Origin: Saprolegnia diclina VS20
Taxonomy: Eukaryota
Direction: 5' to 3'
Assembly: GCF_000281045.1 (NCBI RefSeq)
Contig: NW_008246070.1
Span: forward strand, 265,781 to 329,780
Length of the DNA: 64,000 nucleotides
How positions within the stretch are numbered: position 1 is the first letter of the stretch; every line of letters begins with the position of its first letter. The position numbers and the translations under genes were made by a program. Below are positions 37,144 through 49,778 of the stretch, piece after piece. The notes beneath the pieces are model-generated. The model searched no databases. It was not told the origin of the DNA and was given only the letters and a program-made list of their open reading frames with translations.

Positions 37144-39007
37144 ATGGAGCCGTCGGACGACCAGTACAAGGCGATCGAGACGCCCCGCGACGTCCACCGC
37201 AGCGTACTCGTCGAGGCCCATGGCGACGCCGACGACGAAGCCCATGCTACTAGCCGCAGCCGGCCAGCGCTCGGGGCCACGCCCGAGAAGAGCAGCGCCA
37301 AACCCGTGCGCTTCCGCGGTCGCCTTGTGGTGCGACGAACATGGCCACCCATCCGATGCCTCACGCTATATATGTGGTAGATATGGCCCGGACTCCTTTT
37401 GCTCGCTGCGATCCTGGTCCTTGGCGTCGCCTTGATGACGACCTATGGGTCCAACGCTCGGGACGCGATGCTAACCCGTCGCAATACGTACCAAGAAGCA
37501 CTACGCCGGCGCCGCGCGATTGGCGGCCTCCGAGGAGACAGCGGTAGCGGCTCCGATGAGCAGATCGTGAGCTCCGATGGCGTCGTGGGGAATCCGAGCG
37601 TGTACCCGAAGACCGGTTTGAGACCCGCCTGTATACGACTCTATGGGCCAACATGACGTAGAATGCGCATTGCCCAACTACGTGAGCAAACAAGGCAAGT
37701 TCTTTGCCGAAGGACCCAACGGCGAGAGCGTCCAGATGGCCATCAAAGGCGTCAACTGGTACCACATCGAGGCTCATGTCAACAAGGTCTCAAGTCGCGT
37801 AGGTTTGGCATGGAAACCTCGCTCGCGGTGCCCTTTGGTCTCTGGACGAACGATCAAAATGGCACGACCGTGGTAGGTCTCGCATTATTGCTTGCGCGCT
37901 CAGCGGCTCATGACGACTTTGCAGTATGAGGTTGCCCTATTTCTCGCCAAGCACAAGATCAACAGCATTCGCCTGCCCCTGTGCGTCGCCAGCATCCTCG
38001 CCAACACGCCGCCGCTCAAAAGCGTTGTCAACCAGAACCTCAACCGCGCGCTCGACGTCACGTCGTACTTTTCGACGATCGACACGCTGACTAAGGCGCT
38101 CGCGTACCGCAGCGTCTCTGTCCTTCTCGATATCCACACACTGACGCCGACGCTCAATGGCGGCTGGCCGTGGAGCGCGGGGACCCCGTACACGCAAGCC
38201 GACTTCCTCCTCGCCGTCGACAAGCTCACCGAGGCGTTCTGCAGCAACGCGTTCTGGAACATCATTGGCGTCGACATCAAGAATGAGCCGCACCTCTCGA
38301 CATGGGGCGATGGCTCGGCCGTGGACTTTCGCCTTATGGCGCAGATCATCGGCAACCGCGTCCTCAAAGGCTGCCCCAACTGGCTCGTCTTCGTGGAAGG
38401 CATCTCGAGCGCCCAGACACTCACGATCGGTCGCGACACGTTCTCGTTCTTTGACTGGTGGGGCGGCGGGCTCGAAGGCGCGGGCGATGCCCCCGTGCAG
38501 CTCGAGATTCCCTCGAAGCTAGTCTACACGCCGCACTACTACACGCCGGCCGTGTACCCGCAGCTGTACTTTCTCGCCAGCGGCACGCGCGCCGGGAACG
38601 TCATCACCAACTACGTCGAGCTCGACGACGCGACACTCTTGAGTCGGGTGATGGCCACGACCAACCACATGTTTGGCTTCCTCGCCGGCACCCAAGACGC
38701 CGTGCTCATTCCCGGTGAGTTTGGCGGCCTCTACGCGCAAGACTTGCACCCGAAGAAGACGACGCAGCGCGTGACAGACTACATGATCGAAGTGCTTCGG
38801 CAGCCAGGCTATGCGGGCGGGTATGTCTGGGCCATCAACCCCGAAAGCGCGTACCAGTTCAACCCGTCGGACACGGAAGTCACCGCCACCGAGGGCCTCC
38901 TTCAGTCCAATTGGCTGGATGTCAACGAGCCCTTCCTGCAGGCCATGAAGGCCATGGACTCACTTCCACACGTCCAGCCGTTCCCTTGCTTCCCCATCAA
39001 GAAGTAG
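37144..39007 (+). CDS. Type-II membrane GH5 endoglucanase #4 (spliced)
   Basis: Tail, TM IWPGLLLLAAILVLGVALM, IKGVNWFGMET, IKNEP, GEFGG, WAINPES. Confidence 0.9.
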
Positions 39008-39074
39008 CTTTTTCTTGTATCATGTCATTTATGCATCATGCATGCTTCCTCTGGACGACCCTTTGTAGAGAGGT

Positions 39075-41086
39075 TTAGGGTTTCGAACCATCGGGGATCG
39101 GGACGCCCCAGTCGCAGTCGCCTTCGATGCCGAGGTTGTCGCCGTGCATCTTGATGCGGAACCAGCCGTTCTCACCCCAGTATGTGCCCCACGAGTTGCG
39201 CCCAATCCAGTACTCGGTCTGCGTCTCTTCGTCAAAGCCCCAGCCAGCGACCGAGATTTCGTGGTTGGGGATCGGAAACCACAGCTTCTCCGAGTAGATG
39301 CCGCCATCGTACTGTTCAAACTTGTCGGTGACGTGCATGCCACACCCAATGGGCCCGCGCTTGTACAGCTCGGCCTTCATTTGGTTGGCGCCGCGCACAT
39401 GGCCGTACTCGGCGACATAGTAGCTCGTGAACTTGGTCACGGGCACGCACGCACCAGGTGAAAACGACGAGTTGGTGGGCCAGCACCTAGCCACAGCATT
39501 TCCCTAGGACGCGATAAGAAGAGTTGCTTTGCGTACGTCTCGCACACGCCGAGGGCCGAGCATTGGCCGTCCTTGGCCACATACGCCTGGCACGTCTGGT
39601 CGGGAATGCCGTGCTTGTGCGCGTACTCGTACACGGCGCCAGGGTTGCCGCCCTCGCACGAGCCGCCGCCGTGGCAGTTGACGAGCACTTGCGGCGACAA
39701 GGCGACTTCAGGCCACGAGGCTACACCACACAGCATACTAGAACATGTCGCATGTTTGGGCAAGGCTGAGACGTACCGTTGCGAAGGATCGCGATGCGGT
39801 CCGAGAGGGCACTGGTCGTGCCTTGGGCCCAGCAGCTCCCGCAGTACTGCGGAATGTGCTGGTTCTTGTCCCACGTCACAAAGTTGGTGCCAGCAATGTT
39901 GCGCCAATCCCACTGCTTGGGGAGCGCGGCGACGTCGACCTCGTCGATCGGGCGCGGCGACAGCACCTTTTCACCACCAACAAAGTGCACGGGCGACCGG
40001 TGGTTGCCGCCGACGGGGCGAGGCCGTGAGAGCGACTGCACCTCGCCCGACCAGACAGGCGCCTTGATTGGCGACGTCGTCGTCGTGTGGCGCTTGGGCC
40101 ACCCGTTGTCCGATGGGACGCCAAACGCGCAGTCGGTCTCGACGCCGAGGTTGTTGTTGCCGCGACGGAGACGGAACCAGCCGTCCTCGCCCCAGTACCT
40201 ACGTCCGCATTTGAGAGGGTTGTCTCGGCGTTGGGAGTACGTACGTGCCCCAGCTGTTGCGGCCGACCCAGTACTTGGTGCCGTCGCGCGCGACGCCCCA
40301 GCCCACGATCGAAATGTCATGGTCAATGTCGGTGCGGCCCGTCTTGTCATCAATGACGCCACCGTTGTAGTTGAGAAACTCGTCGGTGACGGCGACACCG
40401 CACACGATGGGCCCCCGGGCGTAGATCTCGGCCATCATCTTGGCTTCGCCGTCGACATTGCCGTATTCGGAGACGTGGTACGTGTCGTACGACGTCTGCG
40501 GAAAGCATCCTTTCGACGGCACGCAGTTGCGACAAATGTCAATGTCCGTGCACGTGTTGCCGACGTCGTGGCCCGTCGCCAGGTACCGCTGGCAGCCTTC
40601 TTCGGGGATCCCGTGCTCGTGGATGTAGCGGTATGCGCTCAGGCCTTCGCCGCCGTGGCAGCCCTCGTCCTCCTTGTCGCAGTTGAGCAGCACCTGCGGC
40701 GACAAGTTGACTTGGCGCGTCACAAGCACGCGGTCTTTCCCGTCGTCCGGGTGCAGCTCGCGCGCGATGCGGATGCGGTCGCTCAGCGCCGACGTCGCCG
40801 CTATTCGTATAGTACATCTTTAGCATCCGGTCATGAATCGATGTCGCTCACCAAAGGCCCAGCAGGACCCGCAGTAGTGCGGCACGTGCTGGTTGCGCGA
40901 GACCGTGACAAAGTTGGTGCCATTGACATTGCGCCAGTCAAAGTGGTCGGGCAGCGCGTTCGCCGAGAGCACCTCGTGCGGGCGCGGCGTCAAGAGGACT
41001 TGGGTTCGGTTCGGGTGGCGCTGGTGGCACTTGGTGAACGCCGACGCCGTCGTCAGAAGCGCGGCAAGGGAGCCGAGCACCAGCAT
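39075..41086 (-). CDS. Twin-domain cathepsin X/Z-like C1A cysteine protease (spliced)
   Basis: Signal peptide, then two domains each with NQH(V/I)PxYCGSCWA, H(D/E)IS...GWG and RNSWG. Confidence 0.93.
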
Positions 41087-42046
41087 CGTCGTCGTCGGAG
41101 CTCGAAGAGGCAGCTTGGGAAATGACTGCGGTCAAGATCCGTGGAAGGCTCGGGCCGTGCACTGTACCTGGAGCCAATCAGGAGCCGCGAAAGATTGCCT
41201 CCGTCCAGCGCCGAGAGAAGATACCGGAATGTTGTTTGCTTCGGCGAACGACATCGCCGCTTCGGCAAACTTCAAGTCCGACCGGCCGCAAAAGGCTGGC
41301 GAGCGTCTGCAGTCGCTTACGTATTGGCAGGTTTGCGGTACGGCTAATAGCTATGACTCGCTTTGCAGTCGACTCTCGACGCCAAGCTGACTTGGCTCCT
41401 CTGGCTTGGTTCGACGCAGCTGGCGCCTCAGATCTTATCCGGATGTTGCAATGTGACATGCCAAAAGGAAGTCTGTTGATTGGTGGATTCGATACAAGGG
41501 TCAAACAAACGCACGAGATGTGGGAATTCGCTGGTCCAAAACTCGCATTTGTACTTGTAGCAATACGTCACTGTGTACGTAGAATAAGTAACTCATTAGT
41601 AGGTAAAGTCTTACCTGTGAAATTTTACATTTCACAAAATAGACGTGATGCAAACACAGAGTATGATACCACTGAGTTATACTTCTCTGTAAGGCAGATC
41701 GGGGTGATTTCCGTGGAGCCACTAGCTGAATTTTCCTACTAATGATTAACCACTTCATAACACATCAACTGGCGTAAACTTGAGTGACTAGCGTTTCAAG
41801 ATGTCTCAAGTTCTAGTACGTGCAAAGTCGCTTTGCATCGACTAATTAGCGTCGCCAAGAACGTCATGACAGGCATCTCCATCCATACTCAGCAGGGTTT
41901 CAGAACCCTTGCACGCGCGGTCCTGCAGCTAGAGCTAGAGCAAGAGCTGAGAGCATTAGCATAGGACATAGCAAGCGTTGGACGTAAATGGCTTATATTT
42001 CAAAAGACACGACCAGGGTCTCGGCGACGAAGAACCTATCGAGCTT

Positions 42047-42707
42047 CTACGGCTTCTTGACGAACTCCTACACGAGACATGAGCAAGCGAGCGCCATGAG
42101 CGGTCGTGCGTACGGTCGTCGCGCTCTCTGCACAGCGGAAGAACGCGTCGGCGATCTCCTTGCAGACCAAGACGTCCTTGGTGTTGTCGTTGTAGCACTT
42201 GAAGCACGCCTCGCGCTCCGAAGAGCACTGTACGTCGTTGACGGGAGCGCTACAAACTTCGTGAGCGCCAGGATCCAGACTTGCGGAGCGTACCGGTATT
42301 GCTTCTTGTTGAGTTCGTCGACGAGCGCCTGGACGCGTTCCTTCTCTTCGATCTCGGCCTGGTGGGCGTCGATGACACGGACGTTCTTCTTGGCGGCCTC
42401 GGCTTCGATGCGCTTCTTGGCATCCTCAGCGCCCTTGGCGTACGCCTCCTTCTTGAGCTTGTCAATCTCTTCCTTGGACAAGCCCCTACATGCGCGTTAG
42501 CGACGGCGTATCTTTTCGCAGCGGTTTTTTCTGGACGTACGTCGGGGCGGCAACCTTGGGCTGCGCCGGCGCCGCAGGCTCGTGGAGGCTCTTGACGAGG
42601 TCGGCCGAGATGCGGACCTGGGCCGTCGGCTGCTGCTGGCCAGCCTCGCGCTCCTTCATGAGCTTCGTCTGGTCGTCCTCCGTGATGCGCGATTGATGGG
42701 AGCCCAT
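42047..42707 (-). CDS. Mic19/CHCHD3-like MICOS subunit (4 exons)
   Basis: MGSHQS myristoylation consensus, central coiled coil, and a spliced C-terminus C-X9-C-X10-C-X9-C (CSSEREACFKCYNDNTKDVLVCKEIADAFFRC). Confidence 0.75.
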
Positions 42708-43227
42708 GCTGCTGCTGTTTACTCAACCCAACAATACTGCGGCCTTGCCGTCCAGAAAAAACGAGCGACCTCATTCGACTAAGTTCGCCGGTCTTTACCG
42801 AGCGTATCCGGCTGCGTAAAGCGGCGACCTCGGCAAGCTCTTGCAGCACGCTCTCCAGATGATGCATCAGCCGGGCAATCGCAGCTCGTCATGGCCGCGT
42901 ATGGAGAATCAGAGCATGGAGCCATTCATAGCAGCGCAGAGTATTGCCTGGCGTCCCACCGGCGCAGAGATTGACGCGAGCCATTGTGCAGCACGAGCTC
43001 GCCTGCTCGGCCTTTTCTGCAACGAGCTCGCGACGAGGATGGAGTCACATCAGATGGACGACACTATCGACTACATGCAGAGCTCGTCTTGCGATGCACA
43101 GTGCGAGGAGGACGCAGGACGTCCGCCCCTCGTGTACAGCGAGGCTGTTTTGATGCGATCATGACAAGCGAGAGCTAACTGCATTATCAACATCCAGCTA
43201 TCGCTGCTAGCACTTGGGTCGGACGGC

Positions 43228-44603
43228 TTAGAGCACACCCGGAATGATGAGCTTGGGCACACGCTCGCAGTACTTGTCCCAGTCCTTGCCGTACTTGGCG
43301 CGGCAGCGGGCGTCGTCACGGAAGGCGCGGTCGCAGAGGAGGATCGTGAGGAACGTCAAGTAAAAGTACGGGACGAGCGAGCTGTCCCACGCGGGCAGGC
43401 TCCAGCACAAGGCGCCGAGGATCTCGGGGATGTAGTGGAAGTGGCGCGAGACGCCCCACCAGCCGCACGCGAGGAGCAAGCTCTCCTTCTTCTCGCCCTT
43501 CTCGGTCGTGTACGACGCAGTGATGTATTCGGGCTTCTTGCCCCAGACGAGGCACTTGCCGTTCGTGCTGCGGAACTCCATGCGCTGCTGGTCAGCCCAG
43601 TAGTTGATGTAGACCATGAAGCAGCCCGTGACAAAGAGGCCGACCGCGAGCGGCGTGCCGAGGTGAACCGGGTTCTGCACCAAGTACATCGTCTGCGACG
43701 TGTACACCGACGGCACCCACACGAGGCAGCCCCAGCAGAGGTAATAGCCCGCACGGTCGTGCATGATGTCGATCGAGCGCATGTAGCCGTCCTCCCACCA
43801 GAAAAACTTGGCTACGTACACGAGCTGGAGGCCGACGCTGACAAGCATCGAGTCGCTGACGTAGCCGAGGATCTCGTACTGCTTCCACGCGTACGAGACG
43901 ATGCCAATGCCCCAGAACATCATGCCGGCACGGCAGTTGGTGAAGAGCTTGACGTCCCAGCCTACAGACACATAGGAATAAGAGATTGGCACCGATATCC
44001 AAAAGACGCACCAAAGATGCGCGGGTAGAGCTCCGTGCCGGCCCAGTAGTCGAAGACGATGTTGCCGTTGGAGCCGCTGTCGGCCGACGACGGGAAGTTG
44101 ATGCCCTTGACGTAGAGGAGGCCGCAGAAGAGGAGCGAGAAGACGTTGAGCGCCGAGATGATGTGCGTCATGTGCGTGTACGCAATGCCGCCTTCAAAGA
44201 CACCGTAGTAGGCGCCAGCGAAGTAGAGTGCGAGCGAAATGATGTAGCACGCAAAGCCGTTGGACGTGTACTCGGGCGTGTTGCCCGCCGGCGTGACCGG
44301 GCCGTAGACCGTCTTGCCCGGGATGAGCTTGATGAACGCGAGCTGGACGGCCATGAAGGTTAGGATGATCTGCCACGCGACCGGGTCGAATGGGGTCGGC
44401 CAGATCTCCATCAAGGTCGACCAGAAGCCGTCGGCCTTCATACGGTCGACGAGGGGCATGATCGCACCGCCTTCCGTGCAGAAGACGTGGACGAAGATGA
44501 TGGCTGCGATCGGCGTCGTGGCCATGAGGAGGAGCGGCCCGATGACCGTGCGGCCAGGCAGGAGGCCCGCGCTGGCGTCGGCTTTGGCTTTGTTGGACCA
44601 CAT
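43228..44603 (-). CDS. DHCR7: 7-dehydrocholesterol (sterol delta-7) reductase
   Basis: GPVTPAGNTPEY, GTELYPRI, WDVKLFTNCR, DIMHDRAGYY, GWWGVSRHFHY, RDDARCRAKYG. One intron. Confidence 0.93.
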
Positions 44604-45354
44604 TCGAAAGCTAAAGTGACATCGGGCCTTTCGATGGATGGCGCCTCCGGCCGCTACTCCGGCTTTCGACGCTTTCGTAAACACGTTGATTGCGACGTAC
44701 GGAAACGCTGACATTATCCGGATAGAACCCGTTCCTCTGTTTTGCTTGGCGACACATGGCACGCACTACGGCATTTGTAGCCGACAGCAGTCGCGCCTCG
44801 TGATGTTATCCGGACGCCGCCCAGCCTCTGGTTTATGTAGCAGATGACGGGGCCGTGAGTCACACCCTTTTTCTACGACCACGCATTTAAGAGCAATTGC
44901 CGCCACCACCGATCTTGTTTACTGCACGCACAAGCGGTGCATAAGCAATGACGTACGTGCAGCCAACGACGCAGCGAGGCCCAAAGCCTCACACACAACC
45001 TCCACACTCCTACCAAGGTACATAGCACCGGACGCCCCTTGGGCCTGGGCCCGCAAAATGCCAAACGACTTCAACTTCGATGAATGTCGCACGCGTCATG
45101 CACGAGATCTATATCTTATCGCATCGTGGACCCATGGCCACGCTCCGTGAAATGAGTCGATCGCCACGAAGGATGGCGTTACTCGGGACCAACGGTTCGA
45201 CGTCGACGTACCTGCATGGTACTGGTACGTTCGTGCAGCGTGCTTATGCAGCTCGAGCCAAATCTTCGCCTGCCTTCCAAAGATACGAGGCTCATCATCG
45301 GGTATAAGAACTCTAGTGCGGGTCGCTTTGCAAATCTATTCCACGGATCCGACC

Positions 45355-46711
45355 ATGCGCATCGTCCTGCTGGCGACAGCGGCGATGGCCGTGCGCCACG
45401 TGCCCGTCGTCGACTTTGAACTGACGCAGCGCCTCGCGACCAAGACGCCGTACTACTCGCAGGCCGAGCCGTTCGAGATCGAAGCGCCCGCTGGCTGCGC
45501 GCCTATCCACGTCAACATGGTCGTGCGCCATGGCACGCGGTACCCCACGGCCAAGGTCATCACGAAGATCGCATCGATCGCGGCCAAGCTCCAGTCGCTG
45601 GCATCGCCCGTGCCAGAGTGGCTCCATACGTATGACGTCGAGCACGAGTTCCCGTTGGCGCGCGAAGCCGAGCTCGCGCCGGCCGGCGTCGACGAGCTCG
45701 TCGGTCTCGGCGATCGCGTGCGGCAAAAGTTTGGTCTGGGATTCCAAGCCCGCTACGACGAGACGGCCTACTTGTTTGAGCACACGTGGAAGACACGGAC
45801 CGCGCAGAGTGCCCAGGCGTACGTGCCGAACTAGACGCGGCTGCTGCCGTAACCATCTTGTAGGTTTGCGCATGGCTTCTTCCGGGGCGATGAAGCCGCC
45901 GTCGCGTACCAAGTGGCCCCCAAAGGCCGTGACGTCGAGCTTCGCTTTTTCGACAACTGCCCGCAGTTTACGGCTGCTGTCGACAACAACAGCACTGCGT
46001 GGTCCGAGTACGCGTCGTTCCCGGCATCGCCGTCGATGCAAGCCAACGTCGACGAGTTCCGCTCGGCGCTGCAGCTTCCGTCGCTGACGGCGAGCGATCT
46101 CGATGCCGCCTACGAAGCTTGCGCGTACGACTAATACCTCTGCAACGAGACGAGACGATGGCGATCGTAGGTTTGACGTTGCCGTGCACCACCGCCACGA
46201 TCGGTGGTGCAGCCTCTTTGGCGTCGATCTCTTGGAGTCCATGGAGTACTACAAGGACTTGAAGTCGTACTACAAGAAGAGCTACGGCAACCCCCTCGCG
46301 CACGAGATTGCTGCACCGCTCTTGTCGAGCATGCTCTCGGGCTTGGCCGACGTGCGCGACAGGAAAGGCCAGCGCCAGGGCCACTTTCGATTTGCGCACG
46401 CCGAGACGATCTTGCCGCTAAGCAGTCTCTTGGGCTACAAGAAGGGCGATCGGCCGCTCCAAGCGGCGGCGTTGCAGCCCCAGCGCCACTTCAAGAGCGC
46501 AGTGGTGTCGCCGTTCGGTGCCAACATTGCTTTCGTCCTCTACGCGTGCGAGAACGAGGCCGACCACGTCGTCCAGCTCCAAATCAACGAAAAGCAGCTC
46601 CCGATACCGGGCCTCGACTGCATCTTTTGCCCGCTCGCACAGCTTGAGGAGCATTTCGCCCGGTACACCACCATGGACTTTGACCACATGTGCCAGTTGC
46701 GCGCCCACTAA
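45355..46711 (+). CDS. MINPP1: Multiple inositol polyphosphate phosphatase / histidine acid phytase (spliced)
   Basis: RHGTRYP, LRFFDNC, FAHAETILP, PFGANIAFVLYAC. Short signal peptide. Confidence 0.88.
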
Positions 46712-47169
46712 GTTCTCGTATCTTAACCGAGAAGAATGCCCCGCCAATGCGCAATCACATCGAATGAGGAAGCAAAGTTTGCGGTGGAGGTGCTCAGCCG
46801 CCCATCGACGCTGTCGTTCGCAGAGGTTCCTTCTCGACCGCTGCCAGGACATTGGCTGCAGAGACGAGAGGCAGCTCTGAAAAAGCGCATGTCCATATCC
46901 CGAGCGTCTGACTTCAAGTCGCAGCTGATGCGTGTCCGCGTCGCCCCCAACTTCCACGGATGCGGCAGACGCGACGGCGGCGCGGACCTTCCACCTCGCA
47001 TGGCCGTGGACGCGTGGACGGTGGCGGCGTCCGTTGTCACCCAGGTGCGTCTGTCTGCGGTTGTCAGCGTTTGGCCAATCAGTCGCCCAATGGCATCGCA
47101 GCGAGTGACAGATTGGATGTGGATTGGCTAAAATCCTACGCATTCCACAATTGTCCACGTCACGCTCAC

Positions 47170-48551
47170 ATGCCTTCCTCGTCGTCCGTCGCCCGCAAGC
47201 TGCCGCTGGACGGTCTCCGCGTCATCGAGTGCGGCCACCTCATCGCAGGGCCGTTCGCGGGCATGATCCTCGCCTACTTTGGCGCTGAAGTCATCAAGAT
47301 TGAGCCGCGCACGGGCGACCAGTGCCGGGACATGCGCCTCATCGACGCGGAGAACCACACGTCGCTGTGGTGGTACTCGATCGGGCGCAACAAGCACAGC
47401 GTGTGCGTCGACCTCAACACGCCGGACGGGCGGGGCATCGTCAAGCAGCTCGTCAACAAGAGCGACGTCTTCATCGAGAACTTCCGACCGGGCAAGATGG
47501 AGGCGTGGCACCTCGGGCCGCAGGAGTTTGAAGCCACCAACCCCGAGCTCATTTATGCGCGTGTGAGTGGGTACGGCCAGACGGGCCCGTACAAAGGTAG
47601 TCGAGATGGTTTGTATGGCAACGTAAGCCTCGTTCTTGACTAGCCAAGCCTGGGTTTGCCTCGGTCTGCGAAGCGTTCGGCGGCTTCCGGTACGATACCT
47701 CACAAGAGAGACACGAGTCTGCATACGTGGGGTGGCTAGGTACGTCAACGGCTTCCCCGATCGGCCGAGCGCGCGCCCCAACTTGAGCCTCGGGGACACG
47801 ATGGCGGGCCTCCACGCAGCGCTGGGCATCACAATGGCTCTTGTCGGGAAGGAGCGATCGTCGTCCCGCCAAGGACAAGTCGTGGACGTGGCCATTTACG
47901 AATCCATGTTTAACGTCCTCGAGGCCATCGTGCCCGAGCACTCGTACAACGGAGCGGTGCGCGAGTGCTCGGGCTCGACGATTACCGGCATCGTCCCCTC
48001 CAACACGTACCCGACCTCTGACAAGAAGCACGTGGTAATTGGCGCCAACATGGACGGGCTCTACATGAAGGTATCCTCGTATGGGTGCGCGACATCCACG
48101 TCATGCCATATCTTGTCGCTAGCTTATGGATCTGATTGGCACGCCGGAGCTCAAGGTGCACAAGACCAACGTCGAGCGCGTTCAGTTCCAAGCTGACATT
48201 GACGACGCGATCGGCCGCTGGACGGCGTCGCTGCCGCTCGCAGACATCTTGGTGCAGCTCGACAACGCACGCATTCCCGTCGGCCCCATCAACTCGATCA
48301 CCGAGATGGCGGCGGACCCGCACTACGCGGCGCGCAACATGTTCGAGTCGGTGACCATCCCGGGCCACGCCAAGCCGCTCCAGATTCCGGCTGTGAGCCC
48401 CAAGCTCAGCGGGACACCGGGTCGCACCCAGTGGCCGGGGAAGCCGCTCGGCGCGGATACCAAGTGGTGCCTCGAGTCCGTCCTTGGCATGGCCCCCGCC
48501 GAGATCGAAAAGCTCCTTCGCGATGAAATCGTGTTTGAGGCGCGCTCGTAA
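47170..48551 (+). CDS. Class III CoA-transferase (CaiB/BaiF, SUGCT-like; spliced)
   Basis: PLDGLRVIECGHLIAGPFAG, RNKHSV, IENFRPG, SGYGQTGPY, SLGD (catalytic Asp), PLGADT. Confidence 0.92.
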
Positions 48552-48608
48552 GAAGGTACAAAGTAGCACAAGCTCGCTAAGGAATATAAAGATCGAAGTA
48601 GTGTTTAG

Positions 48609-49583
48609 TTAGTACATGCAGTACACGCGAGGTTGGGCATTGTAAGAAGACTCGTGCAGCGTGGGGCGGTGGGATACACCCATTCGCGACAGCCAAAGCT
48701 GGCGGTCGCGCGTTTCTTGGGCCTCTTGGAGACGCTGGAGTCGGGCGATCTCGGCGGCGTAGTCGACGTGCGGCGGCTGCGGGGCTTCAATGTCAAACAC
48801 TATGTCTTCGTCGCCCACGACCTCGCGCGCAACGGGCACACCGTTGACGCGAACAGTGACCGTCACGGGCTTCTTGCGCTGCAACGGCGGCTGCTGCGTC
48901 GGCGTGACGATGCGAATGTGCTTGGACTGTGGCGAAGTGCGAGCTTTCTGCTGCGTGGTGTGGCTCTGTCTCTCGAGCGTCGGCGACGGGGACGACTGCA
49001 TGAAGATAAATGGCATGGATGTCTGCGGATGCGCGGTTCTTGGTGGCGGTGTCGCCTCTGGGGACTTGACTGCCGTAGCGCGCTTTTGCTCTTCCCTCGA
49101 CACGACGGGCACACGCTTGAATGCATACGGGGTACTGGTTCGGGACGTCGAACTTGACGGCGTGGTCGTCGACTCTGCAGCGACGTGGTCCTTGTCGTGC
49201 ACTGCTCGTTGTTCGTGGGAGCTTGGCTCTTCTGTTGTGCTTTCCTCGTCACGCGGTGCTGATACATCGCGTTGAGTCTGCTGCTCTGGCACTTGCCCAT
49301 CAAGCTCTGTCGTAGTCTCAGGCGTCATCTCGACGCTTGAAGGTTCTTGTGTGATGGCCGTAGGAAGCTCCGCGTGGGCCTCCTCGCCGGGCACGTCGGC
49401 TGCCATGGGCTCACTTGTGTTTTCTTCTTGCATGCTATCCACGCTGGCTGCGTCGTGTGCGGCGTCGATCGAGACCTCTTGCACACTGCCCTCGGGCGTT
49501 GGCATGTTGACGATCGCGTAGGCGTCGATCGCCGTGGGCGTCGCCTCCGTTGGCCCCGCGCGGGGCTTCTCCATGTAGCTCAT
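48609..49583 (-). CDS. Low-complexity T/E/P/S-rich hypothetical protein, copy B
   Basis: 324 aa, collinear with 6128-7102; about 29 aa differences counted by eye. Confidence 0.8.
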   Translation of the reverse strand: MSYMEKPRAGPTEATPTAIDAYAIVNMPTPEGSVQEVSIDAAHDAASVDSMQEENTSEPMAADVPGEEAHAELPTAITQEPSSVEMTPETTTELDGQVPEQQTQRDVSAPRDEESTTEEPSSHEQRAVHDKDHVAAESTTTPSSSTSRTSTPYAFKRVPVVSREEQKRATAVKSPEATPPPRTAHPQTSMPFIFMQSSPSPTLERQSHTTQQKARTSPQSKHIRIVTPTQQPPLQRKKPVTVTVRVNGVPVAREVVGDEDIVFDIEAPQPPHVDYAAEIARLQRLQEAQETRDRQLWLSRMGVSHRPTLHESSYNAQPRVYCMY

Positions 49584-49599
49584 GTTGCAGCTCGATAGC

Positions 49600-49778
49600 A
49601 AATTGGGAAATGAGCTGCAATGGCCATTTTGATATAGAGAAGTCGATGAAAAAGGCGAGGAATTCGCGAACACTGTTCTGGAACTCCTCGAAAACACGAT
49701 TTGCCCCTCGAAACGTCTGGAAACTACGATATCCGGATAACCCAGGTTAGCGGATGCGCGTCTGGGCTTGCCACGTCA
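49600..49778 (-). promoter_or_regulatory. Promoter module with INR/FPR, HSE-like units, TATCCGGATA and TGACGTGGC
   Basis: GCTCATTTCCCAATTT (minus strand, 49600-49615) fits the oomycete INR+FPR consensus. GTTCTGGAAC 49675-49684, TATCCGGATA 49730-49739, TGACGTGGC 49770-49778 (minus). Confidence 0.65.

Noticed and set aside
41540..41800. AT-rich intergenic stretch as a possible element or ncRNA
   Set aside because: No terminal repeats, tRNA boxes or convincing secondary structure seen.
42841..43164. ~100-aa ORF divergent from the Mic19-like gene
   Set aside because: No motif or homology recognised; cannot be supported without expression data.
46723..47131. Overlapping ORFs between MINPP1 and the CoA-transferase
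   Set aside because: No recognisable protein; the region contains CCAAT boxes and looks like promoter.
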